DNA from: Octopus vulgaris
Taxonomy: Eukaryota
Length of the DNA stretch: 64,000 nucleotides
Assembly: GCA_951406725.2 (NCBI GenBank)
Contig: OX597834.1
Location: forward strand, 30,070,001 to 30,134,000
Direction of reading: 5' to 3'
The notes beneath the pieces are model-generated. The model was not told the origin of the DNA and ran no database searches. It saw nothing but the letters and a program-made list of their open reading frames with translations. Both the position numbers and the translations under genes were made by a program. How positions within the stretch are numbered: position 1 is the first letter of the stretch; the number at the start of each line of letters is the position of its first letter. Below, piece by piece: positions 40,235-53,666 of this stretch.

Positions 40235-41501
40235 TTTGGTGATGTTTTTGCAGCTTTGATAAAAAAAGCATGTTACTCTACATTCGGTATTCGAGTACTA
40301 TTTTTTTTCCATCATGTTTTGCATTTATGTGCTTACTCTGGTAATATATATATTATTTATAGCTTTTAAATTCATTTATGGTAACATCAAAGGTATGCAA
40401 ATGAAGCTCCTATTTCATTATGCTGGCTACCGTCTAATGATACTGACTAGTGAGTTAGTCTTTCAGGGTTGCATCATGGTTATACCGATATAATGTAGGA
40501 TAAATATAAAAATAACAATAATTCTAGGATGGAAGTTATAAATATTTAATACATCTCTATGATGTATTAAATATTTATAAATTCCATTCTAGAATCATTG
40601 TTATTATATTATTTATATATATATTATGTATACACATATACACACTTATGTGTGTGTGTGTGGTTTATAGATTAGAAACAGGTGTTCTCTATATAGAATA
40701 CACTAGGAAGTATTCAAGAGATTTGAACTTGAGCCAGCAGATGAGTAAATGTAATGAGAAGTAAGTTAAGCAAATCAATTTACACAGAATATTACATTTA
40801 ATGGCAGAAAATGTATATGATGTGTACGGATATGAAATAGTCCAACTTAGAGAATATAAATGATATCAGGAGTTAAATGAGTAGAGTTTTACAAGTTGAA
40901 CAGCTGTTTCTGCGAGCTTGGTGGTCTGGAATAATAACAGTTACTTGGATCCATTATTGGATAATGCCACTTCCGTCTTCAGGAGAGAATTTTACATTTC
41001 AGGTGTAGACAGGATGGAGTTTAAAGATGGAATGTATATTTTTTTTTTCTGTTAAATGTATTGAATATTGTGTGTAAATCGACTTGCCTAACTTGCTTGT
41101 TATTACATTTACTCATATGTGTGTGTGTGTGTGTGTTTCTAGCAATATAGGTTTTTTATAATATTCTAGTCACATTTAGTGACAATTATAATTCTCGTTT
41201 TTTTGGTGAAACATTGCAACCTGTTGTTTATATTAATTTTGTATATATATATATACATATATACACACATATACACAAACATATGCATTTATAAATGTAT
41301 GTACATAAATGAATTCATACGTGCACAGAGAAATACATACCTGAATACACACACACACACACATAGACAGGCAGTAGAGCATGACACAGTCCGCTGGCTT
41401 ACCAGCTCCTGTTAAACTGTCCAACCCATCGCAGGTGGACATTAAATGATGTTGATATAATAAACACATAAAAATGAATTCCATATCTTATCATATTTCA
41501 G

Positions 41502-41672
41502 GTGAAGTGTGTCCCGTCTTGGAGAAACCAGAGAATGGTGGCAAGTTTGGCAGCAATAAATACAATGATGTGACAAAGTATGTCTGTTACAGTGGCTTCA
41601 AATTGGTTGGCGATGTAGAACGTAGGTGTACGGAGAACCTCACGTGGACAGGCTCACAACCGAAATGTGTTG
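41502..41672 (+). CDS. CCP exon 7 (module 7)
   Basis: tttcag| ... |gtaagt, phase 1-1, 171 nt. EVCPVLEKPENGGKFGSNKYNDVTKYVCYSGFKLVGDVERRCTENLTWTGSQPKCV. Confidence 0.94.
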
Positions 41673-42631
41673 GTAAGTTGAGGTTTTGATTACATATCAT
41701 GGGACTGTCTGTCTGTGTGTCACAACAGAAATGTAGAATCTGAGAGATCTATGAACTGATCCTGTGTTTCTGTTGGCAAATACTAAGTATGGAAACCCAT
41801 ATCTTCTATTTTCAGTTGCTCCTGTTCTAGTCACCATTATCTTTATCCTCATTCCAGTTACTCCCATCCATCTTTATTATGATCAGGGTCACCATGTGTA
41901 TCCCATAAAGCAAGACTCTTGGCCTTTGTCCCTTTATCACAGCAGTCACCAACTTTCTTTGCAGCACAGACTGGTTTCATGCAAGACAGTTTTTTCCATG
42001 AATCAGGGATAATGTATATTACTAAGCACAATAAAATGCATATTATATAATTCAATTATCATATATATATAATACACAGACACACACACACACATCATCA
42101 TCGTTTAGCGTCCGCTTTCCATGCTGGCATGGGTTGGACGGTTCAACTGGGGTCTGGGAAGCCAGAAGGCTGCACCAGGCCCAGTCTGATCTGGCAATGT
42201 TTCTATGGCTGGATGCCCTTCCTAACGCCAACCACTCCATGAGTGTAGTGGGTGCTTTTTATGTGCCACCGGCACAGGTCCCAGACGAGGCTGGCAAATG
42301 TCCACAATCGGATGGTGCTTTTTACGTGCCACCAGCACGGAGGCCAGGCGAGGCTGGCAACGGCCACGATCGGATGGTGCTTTTTACGTGTCACCGGCAC
42401 TGACAACGGCCACGTTCGGATGGTTCTCTTATGTGCATATACATATATAGTATATAGGAAGCATTTCTACCACTTCTACACACCACTTTTCTTGGATAAT
42501 GGTACTGCAACTATGACATTTTTATATATTTTTATTTCTATTTCTACATTCATTCGCCTTATTTCCTTCTTTTCCAAAATAACTCCTTATATTGAACTCT
42601 AATATTTCCCTCTATTTAACCATCTCACATC

Positions 42632-42679
42632 GTCTCTGATGAAGGGATATCCCTAATATCTCAGAAACATCTGTAAGAC
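42632..42679 (+). ncRNA. Minimal hammerhead ribozyme motif in CCP-gene intron (sense)
   Basis: gtct-CTGATGA-agggatatccctaatatctca-GAAA-catctg-TA-agac. Confidence 0.75.
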
Positions 42680-42753
42680 TAACTTTCTCTTTATCAATGT
42701 CCTGAAAATTCCACACAGCCTTGGCTTTGCTGGGTCATTTGATGATGATGATG

Positions 42754-42845
<92 letters not shown>

Positions 42846-43196
42846 CGTAAAAAGCACCCACTACACTCTCGGAGTGGTTGGCGTTAGGAAGGGCATCCAG
42901 CCGTAGAAACACTGCCAGATTTGACTGGGCCTGATGAAGCCTTCTGGCTTCACAGACCCCAGTAGAACCGTCCAACCCATGCCAGCATGGAAAACGGACG
43001 CTAAACGATGATGATGATGATGATATATTCAAGTTTTTGAAAAATTCTGGCCTTATTTGAACTTCAGGGCATGTGATCTACCTATGTGCCAAAAATCATT
43101 AAAATCGGTTGGACGGTGTGGGAGGGGTTACAGTAACCCCAAACACACACACACATAGACACCACCTCCTCCCCCTCCTCTTCTATCTCTCCTCCT

Positions 43197-43470
43197 TCAC
43201 TATCCTGATGTCATATGGGCCACATATCTTTTGTATCTTTTCGGAGAGTCCTTTCACATAGGGTAGACAGACTGTGGACAGTTTATCGGTTTCATCCTCT
43301 CTTTTCTTCGTAATTGGAGTGGAGAGTATGCTTTTGGGGTAGTTGTTGCTTAATAGATTGTTACTGAGCTTGATCATTTCTTTGTGGTGGATATCGCGAT
43401 CGCTACTTATATTCATTGCTCGGTGTTTTAGGCCCTGAACAATCCCTCTCTTTACACTGTATGGATGTGC
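43197..43470 (-). mobile_element. Penelope-like element RT thumb/linker fragment
   Basis: HPYSVKRGIVQGLKHRAMNISS...NNYP...LPYVKGLSEKIQKI. Confidence 0.8.
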
Positions 43471-43737
43471 CTATAGTAGAAAGGATTATTATTATCATTG
43501 TTATTATTATTAAGGCAGAGAGGTGGTAGTGTCATTAGCATGCCAGACAAAATTGTTTAGCCGAACTTCTTTTGGCTTTACATTCTGAGTTCAAATTCAG
43601 CCGTGGTCGACTTTGCTTTTCATCTTTGCGGGGTCAATAAAACAAAGTACCAGTCAAGTGCTGGTCGATGTAATTGACTTGCCCCTCCTGCTAAAATTTC
43701 GGGCTTTGTACCTATAACAGTGGATTATTATTATTGT

Positions 43738-43773
<36 letters not shown>

Positions 43774-43851
43774 CAATACTACCACTACTACTATTTTAAT
43801 ATGAATATTAAGATTTTTATTTATGTTATTTATTTTTATTATTATTCTCAG

Positions 43852-44022
43852 CATTCCAGTGTCGAACTCTCAGACCACCAGCCAATGGTCACGTTGTTGC
43901 AGAATATTCTGTGAATAGTTTGGCAAATTATTCCTGCTACATTGGTTTTGAATTACAAGGACCCTCTTCAAGACGGTGCCGAGAAGACGAAACATGGACA
44001 GGAACAGAACCACAATGTATTG
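43852..44022 (+). CDS. CCP exon 8 (module 8; reading frame absent from the ORF track)
   Basis: Translated by hand: ttctcag| ... |gtaaga, phase 1-1, 171 nt. FQCRTLRPPANGHVVAEYSVNSLANYSCYIGFELQGPSSRRCREDETWTGTEPQCI. Confidence 0.94.
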
Positions 44023-45057
44023 GTAAGAGCAAGAACACAAAAATTTTTTATCTGATAAACAAATAACTATCCAAAAAAACAAAAAAAAACAAATGATATT
44101 GTTAAATTGAAGATAAAGATTTTATAACATGTTGCTATAGCAACCAAAGTTAATATAAATAATATAAATCCAGCTTATAAAGTTACCAATTTTTTGTGAA
44201 GTTCTGCCAACTTTTATATTTGTGTGGAAGAAACACCAGTAGTTTTGGCATTGTAATCTATCAAACTACTGTTAAGTCTGGTGTTCTTCACACAGTTGTT
44301 CTCTGTCTTCATCTTCTTCATTTTCCTTCATCTCTTTGTTGTCTTCTTCCCTCATTCTAGTTTGGCTTATTCTACTTATGTTGGGTTCTCTTCTTCCATC
44401 TTATTTTTCTTTCAAGCCGTTTTCCTTTATTTCTTCAGTATTCTTTCTCAAATTTCCTCCTCCTCCTCCTAACTAAGGCTGATTGCCATTCGATGATGAG
44501 TGAAGTTTGTTGCTGTTAACAGTTTGAATCAGAAGGCAGAACCACTAGTTAGATAATTTCTAGTTGTTGTAGCAACTGTTGGACAGCTTTAGAATGGTAG
44601 GTGAGAGAACACCTCTGGCACAGTAAATAATTTGAGTCCGCCTTGCTTTTGTTCGAAATTCTAGTGAAATGAAAAATTTCTGTAAAAATTATAGAATAGT
44701 GTCAACAACTACTAACTTGGAGCTCCATTGGTGGCAGTTGTATGAAAGTTTAGTCTTCTTGTTAGTAGGGAAACATTGCAATATGTGTAGCTTCTCACAT
44801 AAACAAAGACTGCAGATACACACTCCTGGTAAGTCAGAAGTAGGTTTGTAGAGTATGATCTAGGTTATATTAGGCAGAATATTTACCAGGTCTCACAGTC
44901 TCCAGGAACAGGGAGGTGGAATTTTCCATGTCTCTGGACTTGAAGGAGTGTATGTGTTAAATGAAATTTTCATTGAAGTTAGTGACTGTGGGTCCCATAT
45001 ATTTCTTTGGGATACCATCAGATGAATTGATTTTGGTGCTTGCAGCTGAGTGCCTTA

Positions 45058-45135
45058 GATAAAGGCAGTACCTGGGATAAAGGCAGTACCTGGGATAAAG
45101 GCAGTACCTGGAATAAAGGCAGTACCTGGGATAAA
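45058..45135. repeat. 18-bp minisatellite x4
   Basis: Unit gataaaggcagtacctgg. Confidence 0.92.
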
Positions 45136-45488
45136 AGCATATGCTTTATTTTACATTTGCAGTATGTAATATTATCTAAACAGCACAACGCACTTGTTTT
45201 GCAGATAACTGCTATCTCTAAATTCCAGAATTCTATCATGAAGCCATGTTTCGGAAGTGGCTACAGACATTAAGTATATACAAAACAGTTTTATTTTATA
45301 TACAAAGTTTATTATATCATCACCCACACGGATGTGTAGTTAAGAAATTTGCTTCCTGACCATGTGGTTTTGGATTCAGTCTCGCTGTGTGCCATCTTGA
45401 ACAATTGTTTTTTTTACTGTAGGGATTAGGTTGATCAAAGTCATTTGAGTGAAAGCTCATAGTGTGTGTGTATGTATGTATGTATGTA

Positions 45489-45551
<63 letters not shown>

Positions 45552-45730
45552 AGGTTTGGAGATGATGTGACAGGTATTATATATTAGAAGAAATGAAGTA
45601 ATCAGAAAATCGGATGGTTTATATTTACAGATATTTATTTATATATTACATTTTTTACATATATATCATATCACTGAGATCATTAGCGCTTTCTCCCATT
45701 CTAGTGGGGTTTTCAAATCAAAATAATTCC

Positions 45731-45761
<31 letters not shown>

Positions 45762-46210
45762 CCATACATACACACATGCACGTGTGTGTTTCTGTGTTGG
45801 TGTATTTGTTTACAATTGCATTCTGCAAAAATTATAACCTATAAGCAGAGTGGTTGTCATTTCGGTCAACAAATCAGCTGCTCACTTCAGACTTTCAAGG
45901 ATGTGCGATAAGGTTAGGATTAGTGACAGGAAGAGCACCCAGCTATAAAAAAAATGCTCCAATATATCCATCTAACTCATACTGGAATGGAAAAACATGG
46001 ATGAAATCAAGTAAACATGCATGCGTATGTGTATATACACACACACACACATTTGTGTATGTATATAAGCATACATATCTACTGTTCCAGCATATTTACC
46101 TTGACCACCCCACCTCACTATTAATCAATCACTCAATATATTACTTATTGATTTCTTGCTTTTCTACTTTAACCAGTCTCTTCATTGCTAAATTCTCTGT
46201 ATTTTTACAG

Positions 46211-46295
46211 AAACTGGTTGTAAGGCACCAGAACCATTATGGTTGGGAACCATATCAGGATCAAGTTATAAAGCAGGATCTATTATATTTTTCAG
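46211..46295 (+). CDS. CCP exon 9 (N-terminal half of split module 9)
   Basis: ttttacag| ... ag|gtaagg, phase 1-2, 85 nt. ETGCKAPEPLWLGTISGSSYKAGSIIFF(S). Reading frame not in the ORF track. Confidence 0.9.
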
Positions 46296-46449
46296 GTAAG
46301 GAAACAGATTTTATTTTGCTAATATCTTTCCTTCTTCTTCTTCCCATTTTCTACATACTTCTGTGTGCTTCTACATATTTTTTCTCTTCCTTCCCACCTC
46401 TAATTACTTTTGTCTTTTTCCATTTTTTTTCTTCCTGGTCTTTCTTCAT

Positions 46450-47220
46450 TCTGTTCAGTAGGGGCTGGCATGGCTGTATGGTTGTTTCATCCAGTGTGAT
46501 ACGCCTGATATAAAAGCCCTCCTTGCTTTCTTGGCACATTGCCAAGCGAGCCTGGGAGCAATTGACTCGTTCCTGCTTCTAAAAAGGTGTGAGCATCTGG
46601 GGAATCCATCATGAAGACAACTTTCGCATGTGCAGATGGTTGTGAATGATTTTTTTTCCACAAATCCTACACTTACCTTCACATCTTGGGATAGTTGCCA
46701 AATAGTTAAAGTGATAGTATGTTATCAACTTAATGTGGTAGTCCCATGAAATGGATGAATGTTACTGTTATTTAGCCCTAGGAAACACAGTTTCCTGTTG
46801 GACTTGATATGTTTCCAACAGGAAACGGTGTTTCTTTGGGCTAAATAACAGTAGCACTCTTCCCTTTCATGGGACTGGCACATTAAGTTGACAACATACT
46901 ATCACTCTGAGAGATTTAGAAATGTATTATTGCCAAATAGTTATACGATAATCTTCCAAAATGGTGGCTCCCACTTTATGGATGGTGTCACCTTGCCTGC
47001 TGAGAGTTGGACATGAGCTTTTTTTTGGCGGAATGTGGTTATCCAGGAATAGGAGCAGTTTCCACTGATGTCCGACCACATTTGAACTGGCAGTGTCAGC
47101 ACTTGACTATGTTGTATGATGGGGCATCGTCACCATAAACTTCTTTCATTTCATCAAAAGTCTCTTTTGGTGTATGACCTTTCAAGCATAAGAACCTGAT
47201 CACTGATCTGCATTCATGTT
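46450..47220 (-). mobile_element. Decayed mariner transposase N-terminal half, interrupted by a hairpin insert
   Basis: RSVIRFLCLKGHTPKETFDEMKEVYGDDAPSY...FKCGRTSV; WIPQML (WVPHEL-like); ITLDET. Confidence 0.75.
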
Positions 47221-48929
47221 TATATGTTTAAACACATCTGAAAAATAAGCTGGAAATCAAAAAGTCTAGATATTGAGTTTCTTAACCAAACTGGGATTCT
47301 TTCTCACATGAATCACTTCTCATAAGGAACTAATCATGATGGACAGGATATGGACAATAAATGTATTCCCAAACAACCTCTGTATGGTGAACTTGTGCTG
47401 GAGACCCACAAGAATAGCAAACCCCTGAAAACATTCAGAGACAACATAAAATCTTACCTTGGAAAAGTCAATATTCCAGTTAAACAAATTGAATCTCTTG
47501 CAATTGACAGGAAATTATGGCAGGAAAATATTTGGACAAGTGTGCGAGCCTTTAAGAGCAAATAAATTGAGCAGTGTGAATTGAAAAGAAAACGGGAAAG
47601 CAAAAAGGGGAGTTTTCCAACACCTCAGGACAAGTGTGCAAAGTTTGTAGCTGGATCTGCCTCTCAAAAGCTGGTCCAAAATTTAATTTACGGTCACACA
47701 AGAACAACATTAACCCCTAATACCTATTTCTTTATTACCCACAAGGGGCTAAACACAGAGGGGACAAACAAGGGCAGACATAGGTATTAAGTCGATTACA
47801 TCGACCCCAGTGCGTAACTGGTACTTAATTTATCGACCCCGAAAGGATGAAAGGCAAAGTCGACCTCGGCGGAATTTGAACTCACAACGTAACGCAGACG
47901 AAATACCGCTAAGCATTTCGCCCAGCGTGCTAACGTTTCTGCCAGCTCGCCGCCTTATTAACCCCTAATACCATTGCCTTATACAAGACAATGCTCTTCA
48001 GTGTTATTTTTGTCAAAAGGTGAGGAAATCCTCCGGAGTTCTGGAGAGACAAGTAAACATGCACAAAAAACACAAAGAAATAACAAATTCAGAACTGAGA
48101 TGCATTTGCAACATTTGTGGAAACGTTTTTTTCAAGAGAGTCTCTGGGTTCAAAGGCTAAATTTGTTTTCACTTGAGGAGCTAATGCTATATTTGTGCTT
48201 GAAGTGGTCAACTTTTGTTTCAGAGTGGACTGCTTTAATGCATGTGTGTATATATATAAAATTCATGGACTGGCAAATGAAGAAGAATTACATAACCAAT
48301 TTTATTCTTTATGCAGAAGCATAAGTATTCTGAGTGCTAAGAACAGACTATTAGCATTGATATGCCTAAGTGAAATCATTACGTATGTATGTATACGTAT
48401 GAGTGTGTATATATGTATCATCATTTATCATCCACTTTCCATGCTAGCATATATATAATACATACACACATGCAAGCACACACATAAAGAAGAACACAAG
48501 TGGGGTTAAAAATTCACAACAGCTGTTTTGGCATCATTTTATTGGTGCATACTTAGGTTACAGCATGGCAAAAAGCCCACCAGCATCAGATAAACAGGTA
48601 AGGCAAAAATATATGACCAGTTCACCACCAGCCTTGGTGGAACAAGTCAAATGTTTGTTCCACTAAGGCTAGTGGTGAACTGGTCATCATCTGTTTCTGA
48701 CTTATCTGTTTATATGTTTAAATTTACCTAATGCTGCTGGGGTTTTTCTTTTGCCATGCTGTAATCTAAGAAGACATCAATAAAATGCTGCTGAAACAGC
48801 TGTTGTGAATTTTTAACCCAGCTTGCATTCTTCTTTATACATACATACACATATATATATATATATATAAAGTATGAATAGGAAAGAGGCAGAGATAGCT
48901 AGAAAGAGAGATGAAAATAAGTAAGAAGA

Positions 48930-48965
<36 letters not shown>

Positions 48966-49771
48966 AGACAGACAGACAGACAAGCAACAGGTAGGCTGAC
49001 AGACAGAGAATTATAAATATTTGTGGCCTGATATAATGTTAAGTTCGGAGTAAATATGATAGCATTATTAGAATGGTCTGGAAGATGTTTGAATTAACAT
49101 ATATTAGAGTTAAAGTTTTGACAGGAGGAGGGGGAGGAGAAGGAGGATATGAAGAGAGGAAAGAACAGTGAGAGAGGGGAATGGAAGAGCAAGTTGATAA
49201 ATGACAGCCTTGCAAAGAAAAAGAAGAAAATAGATGAAGAAGATGTAAGAAGGGAGAAAAAGAAAGAGAAATCAAGAAATATAAACAAAAAAAGATAAAG
49301 ATGTAAAAGAAAAAAATAAAAGAACCACAAAAAAAGAATGAAAAGGAAGAAAAAGAATGAAAATATGAAGAAAGTTCCAGACGAAGGAATCATAACGAAA
49401 GCTCTAAATCTGAACAGCTGCCACTGTAAGGATGAGGACTGGATGGAGGCTGATGAGGACCCTAACCCTAAGCTGACCTTTGTGAGAAGAAAAATAAATT
49501 GAGTGGGAAAAGGATCTTACTTTTCACTTTTTGCTGGTCTCATTTATTGGACTGTGGCCATGCTGGGGCACTGCCTTGAAGGGTTTTGGTTGAACAAATC
49601 AACTCCAGTTACTTATTAGTCTTTTTTAAGCCTGGTACTTATTCTATCAGTCTCTCTTGCTGAACTGCTAAGTTACAGGGACGTAAACAAACTAACACTG
49701 GTTGTCAAGCAATGGTAGGGGACAAAACACACATAGATACATACACACACACACATCTATATATATCTGTC

Positions 49772-49803
<32 letters not shown>

Positions 49804-50256
49804 AAAAGCGTTCAGAATAATTTTTCCATCATCTTGGCTTAACAGACCTCATCATTTGTTTTTACTGTTTTGTTCATTGTTCTGTCTTTTACTATTTTTT
49901 ATTTTTTATTGTTTTTACTGTTTTGATCTGTTCTTGTTACCACTTTTACCCTCCGCAAAAAATCCCAAATATTATTTAATTTGCTTTGTGGGAAGGACTG
50001 TTTCAACAAAGTTGCGTCTTGTCTTTACCGTCGAAATGCGGAGTAGATGAAGAAGGGGAATATTTCTTGTGTTGCATGTCTTGTACTCTGTTTTTTTCGT
50101 TGTTTGAAAAAAAGTTTGTTTCTATGTTTTTGTTTTCGTTTCTCATTGTGTTCAACGTTTTTTTGATGTCCTGTACCCATATATGCATGTATATATACAT
50201 ATATATGTAGGTATGTACATATATGCATGTATATTTGCATATATTTATATATTATT

Positions 50257-50301
<45 letters not shown>

Positions 50302-50903
50302 TTGTGTGTATATATATATAAATACCAGTAACTGTCCAACATTGAAAATGAATGCTCAGCACTGCATTTGTGGATATAATTTCTTTATTTGTAAATTAAA
50401 GCTACTATTGGTTTCATGTTAAGAAAAGTGGGAAAATATCGTCCTTGTGTCTTAACAATTTTTCAAGCTGACCTCCCAAGGCTTTGGTCAGCCAAGGACT
50501 ATTACAGAAGGTACTTAGCCAAGAGGCCACACAGTGGGACTGAAACTGGAACCATGTGTGTGGAAAGCAAACTTCTTACTACACAGCCATGCCTGTACCT
50601 AATAATTACAAATACTAATTGAAGAATAAAATAGGTATCAGCCGAGTATCAGGGCTGATACAATCAACTTCCTTCTTCCAACAAAAATTGTGCCAAAATA
50701 TGAAACAATAATAATAATAATGATGATAATAATAATAATAATAATAATAAAAGCACCATGGTTGACTTTAACTTTCATCCTTTTGGGATCAATAAAATAA
50801 ATACCAGTTACGTAGTGAGGTTGATGTAATCAACTTAGCACCTCCCCCAAAATTGCTGGCCTTGTGCCAAAATTTGAAACCATTGTTATAATTATTATTA
50901 TTG

Positions 50904-50952
<49 letters not shown>

Positions 50953-51888
50953 GGCAGTGAACTTGCAGCATCACCACTGCCACCACCACCAGCATTCCCA
51001 TCATCATCATCATCATCAGCATCATTGTAGCTATCATTTACTCCTTATTAAAATTCCTGTTCATTTAAAGTTGACAGATTCATGGCATATGTTGGGGGTG
51101 GGTGGAGGCAGCCCATTGGTGAGGGTTTTGAGACAATTTGTTAGCAACAGGAACAAGACACTTTGCACGGGTGTGTGTCTACATGTGTATGCATCTGTGT
51201 GTGTATGCATGTATGTATGTATTTATGTGTGTATGCATGTATGTGCCTGGGTGTGTGTGCATGTATGTACAGGACATTAGTTATGCGTGTGTGTAAATGA
51301 TATTCATAAGATTTTTCTCAACCCCGCCCCCCTCTCTCTTTCCCACCTCTTCTTTCTTCCCTTTCTCTCTTCTTTTCTCTTTCTCCTCTCTCTCCCCTTC
51401 TCTCTTCCTTTTTCTTCATATTTCCTCTTGAAGCCATTTCACAAATCACAAACTTTCTCAACCTCACTTTCTTCATCTCTCTCTCTTCCTTCCCCTCTCT
51501 CCCTCACTTGTTATCTTTCACTTTCTCCCTCTGTCTTCTTCTCTCTCTCTCTGCCTCAATTCTCCACCCCATGCCGTGCACCCTCACTCAGTTCCAACAC
51601 TCCTAGCCCAACCCTCAAGCAAACCAGCCCCAGTCCGGTACCATCCCATCCCATCCCGTCCTGTCCTGCCCCATCCCATCCCATTCTATCCCATTTCATC
51701 CCCCATAAACCAGCCAACAAGAATCTCAACGACACCAAATCCCTGTGTTCTCTCATAAAGACCCTTCCTTGGCATTCAGCAACAAATGCTTTCCCATCTG
51801 AATCTTGCCTGACACAACATTGCACTGTGCATCATTCTTCGGTTTGTATTCTGCAGTGACATAGAATTCCCACCAGACTATGTGATAC

Positions 51889-51967
51889 ACACACACTTAG
51901 ATACATATGAAGATATATATATATATGTATATATACATACATATGTATGCATACATATATACATGTT

Positions 51968-52004
<37 letters not shown>

Positions 52005-52144
52005 ATATACACAAACACAAATATGTACATACATATTTGTACATATATATACACACACACACATATATAGAGAAAAACAGAGATGTATATATCCACATGT
52101 ATATATTCACATGTATATATCCACACACACTTAGATACATATGA

Positions 52145-52191
<47 letters not shown>

Positions 52192-52330
52192 CATATGTAT
52201 GCATACATATATACATGTTTATATGTGTGTGTGTATGTATATACACAAACACAAATATGTACATACATATTTGTACATATATAGAGAAAAACAGAGGGAT
52301 GTATATATCCACATGCATATATACATATGT
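51889..52330. repeat. ~235-bp compound-microsatellite unit duplicated in tandem
   Basis: cacttagatacatatgaagat...agagaaaaacagag..atgtatatatccacatg occurs twice. Confidence 0.85.
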
Positions 52331-53509
52331 ATGTATGTGTCTGTATATGTATTTATAATAGATGGATGGATGGAGAGATGGATGGATGGTTGGACATGTA
52401 TCTATATACTTTATGCACATAATACATATCCATGTACTCACAGCTACACACATGCATGTGTGTGTGTACACATGCTCTTTTAATTTCATGTATTTATAAC
52501 AATAACAATTTCGAGGAGTGGATATCCAGATGGTTTGTGTCTTGAACCGTGTTAAACTAAGATGCATTTTACTACGTTTTACTGCATGTGGTTATGCTTA
52601 TATTAAATTACATTGCATTGCCCTGCATTTTACTGCTTATATTAAGTTACGTTGCATTGCACTCCACTAGCACCACATTATACATTTGCGTTGTGTTGTA
52701 TCTAATATATATGTACATGAAATTGTTTACACAGCAATAATTCAACATCTTGATATCTTCTCTCCTTACATACTTCTTTCTTAACCCAGATAAAACTATT
52801 GATTCCCTCATTTTTTTTTTCCCCATGATGCACCTCTCTTAAATTATGACCCCATTTTTTTCCTCCTGTTTTCTCAACATACTCCTGACCGAAATTGTGA
52901 CCTATTTTTTTTTGCATAACCCATCATGCTTTTCGACATGCTTGTGACCTATATTCTTTTCTTTTTAATATTTTTCTTTACTCTAATGCACTTCATTAAA
53001 ATTACGATCCACTTTTCTTTATATATTTTCCGATTTTGCTCTTGATTGAAAACTGCAATCCACCTTGTTATAATTTTTTTCCCATCATGCAATGGACTAA
53101 ACTTATGACCCATCTTTTTTTTCCCCCATCATGCATCACTCTAAAATTATGACCTTTCTTTTTTTTTTTTTTTTGCCCATCATGCACCTGAGAACAATTA
53201 TGACTCATATTTTTCCCATCATGCTCTTGGCCGAAACTATAATCCATCCTATCTATATTCTCTCCCTTCATGTACTGGACTAAAATTCCAACTCATTTTA
53301 TATACTGGGTCTATCCAAGAAACTAAACTTTTTTAAAAACTCATTTAAAGCTTCCTTACAACTTCACCCTTTAGCATTTAAACCACTCGTATTGGCCCAA
53401 ATATTCTACAAGTTTAATGTTCAAACTTACCAAATTCAGCTTCTCACACCTACCATAAAATATCATTCTAAAAATATACTCTGACATCACTGAAATCTTG
53501 AAACAGCAA

Positions 53510-53666
53510 GATAATGCCTATTGATAATGCCTGTTGATAATGCCTATTGATAATGCCTATTGATAATGCCTGTTGATAATGCCTGTTGATAATGCCTATT
53601 GATAGTGCCTATTGATAATGCCTGTTGATAATGCCTATTGATAATACCTGTTGATGATACCAGTTG
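53510..53666. repeat. 13-bp minisatellite, ~12 units
   Basis: Unit gataatgcctRtt. Confidence 0.93.

Noticed and set aside
40900-40990. Hammerhead-like CTGAAGA...GAAACAGCTGTT on the minus strand
   Set aside because: Stem I does not close (tctc vs caac); at best a dead relic.
45058-45135. DKGSTW x4 peptide repeat or CRISPR-like array
   Set aside because: Plain 18-bp tandem repeat with no spacers and no splice sites.
45854-46513. 219-aa ORF overlapping exon 9
   Set aside because: Wrong frame for the CCP half-module; chance read-through of repeats and pyrimidine tracts.
49445-49475. ctgatgag core-like motif and ccctaaccctaa telomere-like dimer
   Set aside because: No downstream GAAA or stems; only two telomeric units.
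51287-51859. 190-aa Ser/Pro/Leu-rich ORF in the long intron
   Set aside because: Built from (CT)n and (CCCAT)n tracts; exons 9 and 10 join perfectly without it.
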